A stretch of DNA of 64,000 bases from Moniliella sp. 'wahieum' (GCA_003971905.1 RSEE01000072.1:124001-188000), one strand, 5' to 3'; numbered from the stretch's first letter, positions 13,617 to 27,405 are shown. A program made the numbers and translations. The notes: generated by a model from the sequence alone, not told the origin.

Positions 13617-14351
13617 GGTGGAGGTGAGGGGCGGGGCGAGGGGCGAGAAGGACAGCTGACGGGCGGTGGCGGTGGGGCGAGAAGAAGAAGGCAAGGAGGG
13701 CGCCCGAGCAGCGCGGCGAGTCAGCGATGAGCGATGAGCGATGACGATGACACTGGTATCGCCAGACACGGCTCTCCTGCCTTTCTTCGGCGGCCGCCAC
13801 GGGAATTACGAGTTACTGACGAAGCAATTAATTAATCACCGTCCGCCCGCCCATGTCAGCAGGCGTTTCCTTCAAGTTGAAGTTTCGCCTCAAGTTACTA
13901 GTTACATGGCCGGCGTTGGATGAGGCCGGGTCGGACGATTGTGTGATGTCTTCGATCGTCCCTGCTGAAATCGGTGGTTCTGGCCTCCCCCAACCCACTT
14001 CCACTTCTCATCTCTCGCCTCTCACGCGCAAGCGATTCCTATCCATTCAGCTACCTTCCGCCTGACCTCATCGATCATCCCTCATCGACCTCATCAGAAT
14101 CGAATCATTCTTCCCCTGCCCTGCCCCGTTCCCTAAACACAAGTAACACATGTACGTCCCGAGAAACTATCCATTGAGAATGAGAACGAGGAATTGGGCG
14201 CGTGCCGTGCGCGCAGCAAGGCAAGGAAGGAAATGTAACATGTAATGTGCGAGAAGGCGCGGGGACGTGCGGGGACGTGCGGGGACGTGCGCTGGGCGCT
14301 GTGTGCAGTACGCGGTACCGGACCAGGACCGGCAACGGGACCTGCAAGAGA

Positions 14352-15353
14352 CTAGGACAGACCTGCGGCGCGACGAGCTTGGGCACGAATGGGTTCTGGC
14401 AAAGCCCTTTCGACCTGGGCCAAAACGCGTGCAAGTCGCGCGCCCGTTCGTCCGCCAAGAGTGACGAGCGGAGAATGCGAATGTACTCAGCTTCGCCTGC
14501 ACCCGCCTCGGCGCCCACTGCCGATGCAGATCCATCAACTCATTCTCGGCCCGGACGAGGGCTAAGCGCCGCACGCCCGGCGAAGCATGGCTCAAGTCCT
14601 CCCCTTCGCTCGGCCCTTGCACCGTCCGCGTCCGCGTTCGTGTTCGCGTTCGCGTCCGAAGGTGGAAGCAGCTGGGATGCCAGCCCAGGGTAGCCCGTTT
14701 CCACAGCAGGTGCAGGCGAGGTGGTACAGGTGGGATCGACACCGGGTGCGGCAGGGGGTGTATTTGCGGTTGCGTTTGTATTTGGGGATGCGGGTGGGGG
14801 GTAGGGTGTGTTGTGTGTCTGAGTAGGAGGAACGTGGTGCTGAGCCCTACGCAGCGCCGCTTGCCGTGCCATTTCCCGCGGGTCGGTCTCGGTTTCCGAG
14901 GCAGGTTCCTGTGCCGCCGGAGCCTCGGGGACCGACCTTCGTCCACCGCGGTCAAAGGAATGTCTTCCCACTGCACGACGCCTTGCCGCGTGAGGAAACG
15001 CGTGGGCGGAACGGTCGCTTCTTCCGTAGGAAGACGGATGGTCGGGGCCAAGTGGGGCGGGAGGAAAGGCGGTAAGGGCGTCCATTCCACCGCATCGTCT
15101 TGTGCAACAACGGGGAAGTACTGTTCCAGCAAACGCCGCATCTCTTCCCTGTCGGGAGGGTACAGCGGCGCAGGGTGAGCCGAAGTGCCTTGCTCACCCG
15201 TCTCGGCAGGCCCGGCTCCACCCCCTGCTGGTCGTTCCGTCGGCCGGGGAGGTACCGGCACGGGCGTATCTGTTGGTGCGGGGGGAGCGGCAGGAGCGGG
15301 AGCCGCAGCGGCGGGAGCGGGGCCCGGAGCACCAGCAGCAGCACCAGCAGCAC

Positions 15354-15384
<31 letters not shown>

Positions 15385-16511
15385 GCCAGCTGGCGCAGCT
15401 GCGGGGGCCCTGTCGCCTGCTTGCTGGGCCGGGTCTTGGAAGACGGTGCGGCGGCAGGTGGGACAACTTTGTTGGCGTTCGAGCCAGGCGCGGAGACAAT
15501 GGTAATGAAAGATGTGTCCACAGGGGAGTTTTTTGGGGGCGTAGTTGAGGCCGTCGGGGCCGATAGGGCTTTGGTCGGGCTCGACGGGGGTAAGCGCTTC
15601 GCGGCAAATGATACAGATGCCGTCGGAGAGGTTGTCCAGTTCCTCGGCCGAGGCAGTGGGGTAGCGGTCGTCATGTTGCGTGTGGCGGCGCGGTAGCGTG
15701 CCGTGTCGCGGATCTTGAGCACGATGGAACGGGCGGTGATGTAGATGTCGCGGACGAGGTAGAGAGGAATGCCGTACTCGGGGATGATGAGGGTAAGAAA
15801 GTTGATGTAGACGCCCATTTTGATGCTGTCCAAAAGCAGGTCGATGACAAAGAGGCAAGCGCCCTTGCGCTCCCACACCCCCCATCTCCGCTCCAGAAGG
15901 TTGAGCACGTACTTGCCTGCGCTGGCGACAAGGGTGGCAAGCAGGACAGAGACGTCGCAGGCGTACATGGCGAGCATGGCGACGCGGGAGCTGGAGGCGG
16001 TGCGGACGGGGAGGGTGACGAGCATGAGGAGGCCGGTGTCGGCAAAGAAGAGGACGAGATGGATGGAGACGACGCGGAGGTGAGAGAGGAAGGAAGCGGA
16101 AGCGCATCGACCTGTTCCATGTACTCGATGCGGTCCTCGGCGAGCCAGTGGAAGGTCTTGAGGAAGAGGAGGGAGCCAAAGAGGGCCGCAAAGACGAGGT
16201 CGAACTCTTTGCGGAAGATGGCGGCGACCAGGCTCTCCATGACGGTGAACCAGAGGCCCTCGACGAGGCGGGTGTGCTCGACGGTGCGGAGCGGGCCGAA
16301 GAAGAGGCGCTGGCCGGCGCGGGCGAGGAGGACGGCGTGGACGACGGCGAGGTTGGCGAGGACGACGACGGCGCCGTGGCTGCGGCGAGGGCGATCATGG
16401 CGGCGTAGAAGTTGCTGCGGGTGTTGAGGGCGCGGAGGACGACGCCGGCGGCGGCGACGAGGCGCTCAGCGCGGCGTACGCGCCGAGCCGGCCGGGCAGC
16501 AGGGAGGCCAT
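14352..16511 (-). CDS. HRD1: ERAD E3 ubiquitin ligase Hrd1/synoviolin (transmembrane domain plus RING-H2)
   Basis: RSNFYAAM, LLFLKTFHWLAEDRIEYMEQ, WERKGACLF, YGIPLYLVRDIYIT, RYRAATRNM, RYPTASAEEL, and RING-H2 CIICRE...PKKLPCGHIFHYHCLRAWLERQQSCPTCR. The 3' end is reconstructed across frameshifts. Confidence 0.92.
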
Positions 16512-16575
16512 GGCGGGGTTTGGGGGGTGGGTATCGACGGGCGAAGCGAGCGGAGTGGGAGGGGGGCGCGGGGGG

Positions 16576-16587
16576 TGCCACGTGGCA
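16576..16587. promoter_or_regulatory. Palindromic TGCCACGTGGCA, candidate UPR element (Hac1/Cib1/CREB3-type bZIP site)
   Basis: Perfect 12-bp palindrome about 65 nt upstream of the HRD1 ATG. HRD1 is a classical UPR target. Confidence 0.55.
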
Positions 16588-16605
16588 GCACCTCAACATT
16601 TCAAC

Positions 16606-16671
16606 CCCCCTTGCAACATTGCAACACCCCCTTGCAACATTGCAACACCCCCTTGCAACATTGCAACATTG
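16606..16671. repeat. Three tandem 21-bp units CCCCCTTGCAACATTGCAACA in the HRD1/septin bidirectional promoter
   Basis: Directly visible, with a degenerate preceding unit (cctcaacatttcaac). Confidence 0.9.
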
Positions 16672-16897
16672 TAGACACCGGCGCGCCCCGCGCCCCGCGC
16701 CACGCCCACGCGCCACGCACACTGGCGCGGTGCCCGCCCTGCGCCTGCCGCCTGGCGCGCGGGCGGCAGCAGCCGGCACCAGGCGGCAGAACGCACACAC
16801 TGCTGCCGTGCCGCGCGCCCACACAGAAGCAGCCCAGAAGCCCCCAGCCGATCCCCCTCCCCCCCCCCCCCCCCCCACCACCACCACACCCCCCACC

Positions 16898-18133
16898 ATG
16901 TCCACCTTCGCCTCCCGCAAGCGCGCGACCAAGAAGGGCGTCCCTTCTGCCTCATGGTCGTCGGCGCCAGCGGCACCGGCAAGACCACCTTTGTCAACAC
17001 CCTCTGCGGCGGCGAGGTCCTCAGCCACAAGGTCGCCGACGCCCGCCCAGGCCGCCCAGGAGGAGCCCATCAAGATCAAGCCGTCAATGTCGAGCTGGAG
17101 GAGGACGGGATGCGCATCGGGCTCACCATCGTCGACACCCCCGGCTTTGGCGACAACATTGACAATGCCGCGCAGTTTGATGAGATTGTCGGCTTCCTCG
17201 AGCGCCAGTACGACGACCTGCTCGCCGAGGAGAGCCGCATCAAGCGTTCCCCCCGCTTCCGCGACAACCGCGTGCATGCGCTCCTCTACTTTATCACGCC
17301 CACCGGCCACGCGCTGCGCGAAATCGACATTGAAGTCATGCGCCGTCTGTCGCCGCGGGTGAATGTGATTCCTGTCATTGGCAAGGCCGACACGCTCACC
17401 GCGGCCGAACGCGCGGCGTTCAAGAAGCGCATCGTGGAGGACATTGAGTACTACTCGATCCCCGTCTACAACTTCCCCTACGGAGGAGGACGACGACGAG
17501 ACGATTGCGGACAATGCCGAGTTGCGGGCGATGATGCCGTTTGCGATTGTCGGTTCGGAGGAAGTGGTGGTCGTCAATGGCGAGGCGGTGCGCGCGCGTT
17601 CCTACCCCTGGGGTTTGGTCGAGGTGGAGAATCCCGAGCACAGCGACTTTGCGCGGCTGCGCTCGGCGCTGCTCAGCACCCACCTTGCCGACCTGAAGGA
17701 AATCACGTCGGACTTTTTGTACGAGAACTACCGTACGGAAAAGTTGTCGCGCACGGTCAACCCGGCGTATGCGGACCAGCCGGTGCCCGGAGACGAACTG
17801 GCGAACCAGAGCGTGCGCTTGAAGGAGGACCAGCTGCGGAGGGAAGAGGAGAAACTCCGCGAAATCGAACTCAAGGTGCAGCGCGAAATCCTGGAAAAAC
17901 GCCAAGAGTTGCTGGCCAAGGAGGAGAGCTTGCGTCACCTCGAAGCGCGGCTCGCGCTCCAGAACTCTCAGTCGCCCGCGCCTGCCGCCGACTCGAGTGT
18001 CGTAGGGCGTGTAAGGTGGATTTCCACCTGCACGCGTCACGTGGCCGGGCACAGCTTAGAGGGCCGCGTGTGTGGGTGTAAGGTGCCCCACTCCCCCGCC
18101 CCGCCCCGCTATCCTCCTTTTTTTCCTCTCTAG
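16898..18133 (+). CDS. CDC11: Septin, Cdc11/AspA group
   Basis: KKGV..CLMVVGASGTGKTTFVNTL (P-loop), LTIVDTPGFGDNIDN, RDNRVHALLYFITPTGHALREIDI, IPVIGKADTLT, R.YPWG..EVENPEHSDF and a C-terminal coiled coil ELANQSVRLKEDQLRREEEKLREIE. Exact stop uncertain. Confidence 0.92.
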
Positions 18134-18728
18134 CGCGCTCCTATAGCGAGATGCCCTTTGTCTTTTCCCCCAAATGGCCATGGTCCCCGATGTGTGTGCT
18201 GTCCCATGTAGTGTAGGATGGGATCGGTGAGAGTATAGATCGCCCGGGGTGGTATGACTACTACTTTGGCCATGATGTGCATGGTGGAGCAAGAGGGGAG
18301 GCAGCGAAAACGAGAAACGAAACCCGTAGGTTCTCCGGTGGAACAAAAGAATGCTTCGTGCCAGGCTCGAACTGGCGACCTCAGGATGGCGTGGGAGGAT
18401 CCACTCATACAAGCATGTGTATGAGACCTGCGCGCTAGCCAACTGCGCCAACGAAGCGGCTGCCCCCGGGGGGGGAAACGGCATTGGTCGCGACTATGGA
18501 AGCAAGTAGTGTAACCGGCTCACAGTCGGTTCTATTTACAGCAAGTGTGGTGGCCGCGTCGCTTAGTGGGCTAGCTATGTCGGCCCAGGCAAACAGAGTG
18601 GTGTCGCAATGCAATGAATGTAGCCTAGAGCATCTCGTTTCCAGAGCAGCAGGCTGAGAGAGGGGGTTAAGGGTTGAGGCTGAGAGAGGAGGCTGAAGCT
18701 GAGACTGGGACTGAGACTGGGGCTGAAG

Positions 18729-20203
18729 CTAGGCAGCAGCAGCAGGAGCAGCAGCCGGCTCGCCACCGAGCAAGGTGGGCGAGGAACCTGTCAGCCACCT
18801 CCACAGGCGGACCGGGGTGGGGATGTACTCGGGACATCATCGTCACGGACGTTTCGAACGCAATCAAGTAGATGATGACCAGCTCGAGGTTGTGGCCGCT
18901 CTGCTCGGTCAGCAGCGCACGCAGCACGCCCAGTAGGTTCTCACTCATGTTGAGCTTTTGGTTCACCACGCGGAAGCGCGATTCAATGTCCATCGAGCGC
19001 GACACTTCGTCAAAGTGGTCTGTGGCAGAGAAGCAAAGCAAAGTAAAGCAAAGCCAAACAAAGCAAAGGGGTGTGTCAGCCTGAGGACGAAAGCAAAGCA
19101 CAAGAGGAAAGGAAAGGGAAAGGGGAAAAGAGAAGGAGAAGAAGGGAAAGAGGGGGGGAAGAAAAGGGAAGAACGTACGTTCCAACGATCCATTATCCCA
19201 TGTCCTTCGGGCGAGTCAAAGAAATTATCTTTGGCGAGATTGGTGCGTTGGCGCAGCCGGAGGAGGGTGCCTTGTTTCCGAATGACGTCCTTACGTGGCA
19301 GGGGCACCTTACCACCTTGCTCCAGCTGTTCCGGGATGGTCGCCAAGGACGCCAAAAATTCATCCAACACCTCTTCTTCGGCACTGAGGCGTGCCGAGCG
19401 CGACAGACCTTGCGAGTACGCCAAACGCGCCTGCAAAGGTGTCCACGACTCCCACTTACCACCACCTTCCTGGCTCGCCATTGGCGCCGAACCAAGCACA
19501 ATCACGTCCCCTACAATCCGCGTCGGCTCCTCTTCGTGCCACACGTACTCCAGTGCCTCATCACCTAGGCGCGTGTACCGACGCTGCTCCACCCCTCCTA
19601 CCGGACGCAACACCCTGTCCAGAAACGCACGTGACGCCTCTTCCTCCAGCCCCCACGTGACATACGTGCCTGAAGCAAACACGAACACCTCGCCGCTCCC
19701 GCTCGCCGCTGCCTGTCCCGACGACGCAGCGGCCGACGCAGCATCCGCATCTGCGTCCGCAGCGTTGGCAGCAGGCCAGCACGGGACGTAAATCGCATCG
19801 TTCTCTTCGAGCATCTGCCAACCGGGGGGCAAGTGTCCTGAGGCCGCCAAGGCAGCCAAGTCGTACGAGTCGGCAGTGGCCCAGGCGATAGCTTCACGCA
19901 ACGTGCTCGAGCTGGAAACTTGAGTTGTCGTGCCGCCCGTGCCGACGCCCGTGCCGAGGGAGGCGAGCAGAGCACGCGTGGCCTGCGCTTTGGCTTTGGC
20001 TTTGGCTACAGGTAACTTGCGCCGCGTGCGGTCCGAGACGCCCGTGCGCTCGGCGCACGTCCCCCGCCGACGGCGTGGAGAATGTGCGTGGCGCGGGAGC
20101 GCAACTGGGAGCGGGAGCGTGGGCGCGAGCCGGGACGAGACGGGGCGCGCGCGGAGCACAGGCGCAGGGGGGCGGAGCGCAGAGAGCGCAGAGAGGGGAA
20201 CAT
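18729..20203 (-). CDS. RMD1/SIF2 (DUF155) family protein, probably mitochondrial (MRX10/RMND1-like)
   Basis: Arg/Ser-rich presequence, ATADSYDL, EVFVFASGTYVTWGL, LAYSQGLSRSARLSAEEE, FFDSPE, DIESRFRVVNQKL and LELVIIYLIAFE (C-terminal TM). Intron ~19020-19179. Confidence 0.82.
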
Positions 20204-20470
20204 GGTTGTGGCCGACGCAGAGGGTGGGATGGGTGCAGAAGTGGAGCTGGAGGTGGACGTGTACGTGTACGTTGGAGGGCTGCTGACTGATTAATGGTCC
20301 CGCAACCAAGCGAGAAGAGGAGCGGGCTGGGGGCATTTTTTAATGGGGGAAAAGGCCCGAGTGGGAATTGCTCAATTCCGCTGTGTTGGTTCCGGCGCCA
20401 CTTGGGACGCTGGCTGGGCAAACAACCCAAGCCGGCCGGCCGAAGCTGGAGCGGACTTGCTTGCCTACCG

Positions 20471-23400
20471 ATGCTCGACCGACCCGCCCCGGCTGCTGCT
20501 GGCATTGGTGTGGGCGTTGGTGGTGGTGGCGATGGCGATGGCGATGGAGGTGGCCGTGGTGATGGCCGTGCGGGCGGGGGCGGAGTGGCAGCCGTGTGGT
20601 CTCAACCGCCTCGTCGTCCGCTGCGACCGCGGCGCTGCACGTGGCCGACGCCGACGAGGCTGCGCTGGATGAGCTGAAGCGGTACGAGAGTGTACGTATA
20701 CTACTGTCTGCTGAGGTCCGGCGGTTGGGTGGGGGATGGTAGGCACGTTGGTGGCGAACGTGCTAAACGCTAACCCGCCTCGGGCAGTTCTCCACGGTCG
20801 ACTGGCTGGTGGATGGGGCGCGAGAACGTGCTCGTCTGGCTCGCGATCGGGCGCACCTGAACAGCTCTGTGTGGGGACCGAGTCTTGCGCCGCGGGAACG
20901 GCCGCCGCGCTGGTGGCCCACCCACCTACTTGGTGCGCGTCGCTTGTGGGCCGGCTGGCGTCTACTGCTGGGCTCGCTGCTGGCCATGATGGACAATGGG
21001 GTGGTGATCCTGGCGGGCGCGGTGGTCGGCTGAACATGGCTGTGATCAGTATCATCTCCGAGTGGTTGTCTGACCTGAAGCAAGGACGGTGTACGCAAGG
21101 TTGGTGGCTCAATCGTAAATTCTGTTGTTGGGAGATGCACGACGATGGTGGGGCACAGCATGTGCTCCGTCCCCTCCCTCAAGTCATCTCCATTGCTCCG
21201 CTTCTAATGCGACGGCGTCTGCGTCTGCGACCGCGTCGGCGACCGCCTCAGCCGCCTCTGACACGCTCACTGCTACCGCTGCCCGTGCGGTGCGCCACGC
21301 CTCGCACGCAGCTACCTTCTACGCGTCCCTCTTGCCCAGGGCGACCAAGGACGAGATGGCCGAGGCGTGTCCCTACTGGGTCCCCTGGTCCAGTTGGTCG
21401 CTCCCAGCTTGGATCATGTACATTGGTACGGCGACGGCGATGGCTTGGCTTGCCGCCTCGTTGGTTCGTACTTTTGCCCCCTACGCCGCGGGCAGTGGAA
21501 TCAGTGAAATCAAGTGCATGATTGTCGGCTTTATCATTAATGGCTTTTTGGGCGTATCAACCTTTGTGATCAAGAGTCTGACTTTGCCGCTGACCATTGC
21601 TTCGGGATTGAGCGTGGGCAAGGAAGGCCCGGCGGTTCACGTGGCTTGTTGTGTGGGCAACATTGTGTCCAACTTGTTCCAGCGCGTTCGCAACTCCCAA
21701 ACCAAGGTCCGCGATATCCTCAGCGCAAGTAGCGCTGCCGGTGTCGCTGTCGCTTTTGGCTCGCCCATTGGCGGGTACTGTTTGCTTTGGAGGTACGTTG
21801 CTGTGGTTGCTGGAAACCCTGACCCTTCTCCTTCCTACCCGCTCTTGGGGCTGTTGTTCTTGTTGTTGGTTGTATTTTGTCGTGCGGGCCCAACTGACTT
21901 GACATATAGGAAATGACGGCCGTCTTCCCTGCCACCACCATGTGGCGTAGCTTCATTTGTGCCCTGGCTTCGACCGTGACGCTTTCGTTCATGAACCCCT
22001 TCCGGACAGGCAAGCTGGTTTGTTCCAAGTGTCGTATGACCGGGACTGGCACTACTTTTGAGGTGGTGTTTTACCTGCTGATTGGCGTGTTTGGTGGCTT
22101 GTATGGGGCCTATGTAATCAAATACAACATGCAAGTACAAGCCTTCCGACGCCAGCATCTCGCCCAGCACGGTGTGGCCGAGGCGGCGCTCTTGGCGGGC
22201 TTAACGGCCACCGTGGCCTACTTTAACAAGTTCCTCCGGATCGATATGAGCGAGTCACTGGAAATCTGTTTCGGGAATGCGAGGGGGGCGGGGACTATGC
22301 GGGGCTGTGCCAAACGTCGGAACATGGTGGATGGTCAACTCGCTGCTGCTTGCGACGATCGTTCGGTTCGTGTTGGTCGTGCTCTCCTACGGCGCCAAGG
22401 TGCCTGCTGGGATTTTCATTCCGTCCATGGCGATTGGCGCTACGTTTGGTCGGATGGTAGGCATCCTAGTCAAGGCATTACAATCGGCCTGGCCTAGCGC
22501 TCCCTTTTTCTCCGTGTGCCACCCGGACGTGCCCTGCATCACCCCGGGCACGTACGCCTTTCTCGGTGCGGCGCCGCCTTGGCCGGCGTCACACGCATCA
22601 CGGTCGCCGTGGTGGTGATCATGTTTGAGCTGACTGGCGCGCTCACCTACATCCTGCCCACCATGATCGTCGTGATGGTGAAAAGGGGTGGCAGACTGGA
22701 TTCGGGGGGGTCGGACCAAACGATTCGGCTGAACGGTTACCCGTACCTAGAAGACAGCCACGAAGTCGGGGACACGACGGTACAAGATGCCATGACGGCG
22801 CACCCGATCTGCCTGACGGCCGTGGGCGAGACGGTTGGTTCGCTGGAACGCAAATTGGCGCAGGGCGAGTTTAAAGGGTTCCCCGTCATCGCAAGCGAGC
22901 AGGACTCGACCTTGGTCGGCTACCTAGGCCGAACCGAGTTGCGCTACGCACTGGCCAAGGCCCAACGCGACCGCATCATTGCCCCCGATGCCCAGGTCGA
23001 CTTGACGCCCGGTACGCAGCCCGCGTTAGCCGAGGACGAGGAACGTGTGCCGTCCGGCGCGCACGCTTCGGCTCAGCGCTCACCGCAGCGCCCACCGCAC
23101 TCCCCTTCCTTGACCCAGGTGCAGGTGGAGGCTCCGGTGCAGGCGGAAGATGAGGAGCAGGAGGGTCTGATGGCCGGGCAAGAAGAGGTGTTGGTGGCGC
23201 GGCGGGTGGACCTGGGCGCGTGGGTGGACATTGCACGGTTGGTAGTACCGAGTGCGATGCCGTTGGCGGTGGTGCGGGACCTGTTTACCAAGCTGGGTCC
23301 GCGGGTCATCCTCGTGGTCGACAAGGGCCAGCTGCAAGGGCTGGTGACCATCAAGGACCTGCTCAAGTTCTCGGCCGTGCACCGCCGCCGGACAGAGGGG

Positions 23401-23673
23401 GAGGAAGGGCAGGCAGAGTGGGAGGGCGTGGTGACTGAGCGCTGCACGGGCGGCGTTGGCTCGAGCGCGCGCACGCATGGTATGGCGGGCGTCTGCGTGG
23501 CCGTCGCGGCGGCGGCGGTATGGCGGGTATGCGCAGGCAGCACCAGAGGTGGTGTTTGAGGCGGCGGCACACAAGACGAAGACGAAGACGAAGAGCAGGA
23601 GAGTTATCCCCTCCCTGCGCGTGGCTCGAGCCGAGCGAGCTTTGTGCTGGGCGAGGAGGATCCAGTCGAGTAG
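20471..23673 (+). CDS. CLC family chloride channel/Cl-H+ antiporter (ClC-3/Gef1-like) with CBS domains
   Basis: EWLSDLKQG.C..GWWLNRKFCCW, APYAAGSGISEIK, GLSVGKEGPAVH, GVAVAFGSPIGG, KVPAGIFIPSMAIGA, CITPGTYA, VVVIMFELTGAL, then CBS motifs FKGFPVI and GLVTIKDLLK. Confidence 0.93.
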
Positions 23674-24606
23674 CCCAGCCCCACTCACATTTCCCTATTT
23701 GCCGTTTCGCCTTTGTCCTGTTCGCCTCTGACCCTATTCCCCCTGTCCGCTCCTTTCCCAAACAAGCGTCGCATGAACACGCGAGAACTGCCCAATCGAG
23801 GCTGCTGCGCACGGACCGCCCGTTGAGATAAAGATTAAATAGCCCGGCTGAAAGTATCAGTGGCGCGTTGGCGTGCGGGGGCCATGTAACCTGCACCGCA
23901 TCCCCCCGATACGACAGCACTGATTAATGGTTGATTGATCTGGCCCAGATGATACGCGGCCCTGGTCCGCCAAATTTGCCGCCGCAGCCTATCTATCTCG
24001 TCGGCATCGCTCTCATCGATCATCTCTCGGCGCCTCCCGCTCGGCCACTCGCTCGCCCGCCATGCCCATCCCCATCTTCGCCGCCCCGCGCCATCCCAAT
24101 CCCATCGCCCCCTCTCAGCGCGCAGTGCTCTGCCGTGGCTCGCGTCCCACAGTCCGTAGCCACACGCTGTCATAGTACGCTCCACCCGCTTCCGTGGCGC
24201 ACGTGGGCGATGAGGCCTACGGAGGCTGGTCGGGGCCGGATAAACGATCGCTGCGCGCTAGCAATCTCTGGCAGTTACTATTACTAGTTCCCACAGATCT
24301 CAGATCTCACATGCCATCCCCCGTTTCCCTGCCGAGGGTATGTGCCCTGAGGCTTGAGGAGGGCTGAGGCTCAGGCCTGAGATCGGCCTGAGGCCTGAAC
24401 GATCAGCCTGAGAGATCAGCCTGATCGAGATGGGTAGACCCAGTACCCATAGTCGGCCCGGGGGCCGTGCTTGCCTGCTTACGGTTATTGTTGCACGCCA
24501 ACCCGCTCGATTGCGATTTAAGTGCACCGATCCACCCGTCCTCCTCCCATCTCCTGTGCCTCGCGTGTGCCCATTCGCATTCGCATTCGCATATGTCCGC
24601 CACGCC

Positions 24607-26950
24607 ATGCTCCTCTCTGCCACCCGTACCCGGACCCGCATCCGTCCCCACCCGTTCCCTCTCTCTCGCCCGCCCTCTCGCCCGCCCTCTTGCCCGCCCT
24701 CTCGCCTTCGCGCCGTGCACACCGCACCTCCCACGCCCCCTCCCACACCCGCCTCTACCTCGGCCGCACGCTCTTCTTCCTCCCGCTCGTCCTGGGCGTC
24801 ACCTACCTCTGTCTCCCGCCGCTGCGCACCGAGACGGAGAGCACGAGCACAACCAAGACCAAGACCAAGACCACACGACCGACACGGACGTTGAGGACGG
24901 CTACGTGCCCTATGCGCAGCGTGCGCCTCTGCCTCCGCTCGCGCGCCGAAGCAAGGCAGACATTAGCACGTTAGCCCAAGCGCACCTCATGCCGCAGTAC
25001 GAAGAAAAGGTGCCGGACCTACTGGACTCGAGGGGCGGCCGTACCGCTCTCTATCCTGGTCGGACTTGCTGGGAGGTACGTGGTGTTTAGCGTGTGCTCC
25101 TTCCCGTCCTTGATCGATGCCGCGCCCGGACTGCTCGATTGGGCGTTTTCGTCCTCGGTGCCGCTGGTCAAGCCGTGGCCGAGTGGGTGGTGCGCAAGAC
25201 GTTTTTCAAGCAGGTGCGTCTCCTCCCCTCCTCTATACAGAAAGTGAAAGCAAAGAAAGAACAGTAAGAACAGAGCAGTGTGCTAACCCCCCTTCTTCCT
25301 CCTCTTCTCCTCCTCTTCCTCTCCTCTTCTCTCCTCTTCTCCTCCTCCTGCCCTCCACAAACCAGTTTGTCGGCGACGAATCGTCGGACGAGTGCATTCC
25401 GCTGATCCTCAAGCTGTCGCAAGAAGAGCAAGCTACCCTGTTTGCACTGAGCGTCGAAGCGATCAGTAACTTGGATGGCACCGTGCCGATTTGGACCAGA
25501 TGATTGCGCAGGCCAAAGGCCAGAGTCCGCCTTCCCAGCCGAGCAAACACATCTACACCAACGTGCTCCAAGAGCTTGCGGACAGCGTGACGGTAGGAGC
25601 GCAGATTGTCAAGCAGGACGATTGGCGGTCCATGTCGGATCCAGAGAAGCGGGCGTTGCTCCAAGCGCGCCCGGCACGGTACGGGAGCGCCTTGGTGGCA
25701 ATCAAGTTGTCGGGCATTTTGCGTGACCCATCCGTGTTGGTTCGTGCGTCGCAAACGCTCGTTGCGCCCGACCAGTTCACCTCCAAGCAAGGTCTGGTCT
25801 TGCCTTCGTTTGCGATCAATGCGCCGCCCGGATCGGGCGGCAAGGGCGCCGGGTTGCCCTTGCCGTTGAGCCAGTTGTCGGAACAAGATGCCGAGCGATG
25901 GCGCAGCTGTGGGAAGGCGCACGGCGGCTGTGTGCGCATTCCCAGCGCTGGACCGACGGTGCGACTGATCATTGATGCCGAGTACACGGCCATGCAGCCG
26001 GCGCTGGATGCCATCTGCGAAGGCTTGCAGCGCGAATTCAATCGTATCCCCACGTCTGCCGAAGCAGAGGCGCGGGTGGCGGCGCCGGAGGACAGTTGGT
26101 CCGTGGGCCTTTGGTGTTCAACACGTTCCAAGCTTACCTCCGGCGTACGCCCATGTACTTGGCCGCCTCGTTGGAGCGCGCGCGGCGAACGGGTACGCGT
26201 TGGGGGTCAAGTTGGTCCGCGGCGCATACTACGATCAGGAAAACATCAAAGCCGGCTGTCCGGCAATGGGCTTGGACAGTGAAACGTACCATGCTCAACT
26301 GCTCGCTGTGCATCGCGCGTTGGGACGGAGGTTGTTGCCGCCGCCCGATCCGGCGGTCGAGTCGGACGGGTGGGCATCGCCAATTTGGCCGACGAAGCGG
26401 TGACGGATCGGTCGTACGACGGATGCGCACTGGCACTAGTGGATCTGCTGGCGCAGGACATGGCCGCCTCTTCGTCGAAGGGCGACGTAGCCACCTCCTG
26501 GCCCCACTCTCAGTGTCATATTTGCCTCGCACAATTGGCAGACAGACATGAAAGTGCTTCGTCGGATGGTGCAGCGCGGGCTGCTCGTGCCGACGCGCAG
26601 CACCCCAAGGCAGGCGACACGGACGAGGCGGAGCGCGACCTGGTCGGACTGGAGGTGGCGCCGGGCGTGCGTGGGCGGGCGATGTTTGGCCAGCTGTATG
26701 GGATGAGCGACGTGCTGACGCAGCGCATGACCGCGGCGTTTGATCCGGCCAGCGGGGGCGAGGGGCCGCACATGGTGCTCAAGTACGTGCCATATGGACC
26801 GCTGGCGCTCGTCATGCCCTACCTCGTGCGCGGGCGATCGAGAACAAGTCTGTCCTCCAGACGGTGGGGGGGGCGGCCGCCCGCAGCGGTGGAGGAGCGC
26901 ATGCTGCTGGCCGCGAGGTGCGTGCGCGGCTCAACCCGCTGGGGGGGTGA
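24607..26950 (+). CDS. PUT1: Mitochondrial proline dehydrogenase
   Basis: QFVGDE, VAIKLSG, VRLIIDAEYTAMQPALD, PLVFNTFQAYLR, LGVKLVRGAYY, TDRSYD, FGQLYGMSD and VLKYVPYGPL..VMPYLVR..ENKSV. Presequence-like start MLLSATRTRTR. Confidence 0.9.
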
Positions 26951-27405
26951 GGCCTCAGGAGGAGGGGAGGCCGGCGGCAATCAATCAATAAGTGTGGATA
27001 GGATACGCGCAGAGAATATAGATGTGCTATGCTTCAACCCAATCGACCAACCCTAGCGCGCAGGTGGCGGTGGCGTCGGCCGCACCGGGGATAACAGAAC
27101 AGATCGATCGATCATCGATAGCAAGCCGGCGGACATCGCAGCCGCAACCCTAGTCCACGTGACCAGGCGGCTCCCGGCGGCTGGCTCGGGCCGGGGCGGA
27201 ATGGCGGCTGGCGGCCGACGCCTCCGGCTCGCTCCGCTGGCCGGTGCGGGGAAGCCAGCCCGCCGCCCGTCCCCCGCGTCCCCGCCACGCCGCCACCGCC
27301 GCCACCGCCGCCACCGCCGCCACCACCGCCACCCCATCCGTCGCCGCTGCCGCTGCCTCTGCCTCTTCCCCTGCCAGCCCCACGTGGCCGCAGCGCCCCC
27401 TCGCC

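Noticed and set aside
16592..16671. CRISPR-like array
   Set aside because: The repeats are directly tandem with no spacers, and the context is eukaryotic. The same applies to 11086-11231 and 46227-46286.
14167..17577. 1136-aa minus-strand ORF as a single fusion protein
   Set aside because: It is an artefact joining the antisense of the septin, the promoter and out-of-frame HRD1 pieces in stop-poor GC-rich DNA. Only the RING-containing part is real.
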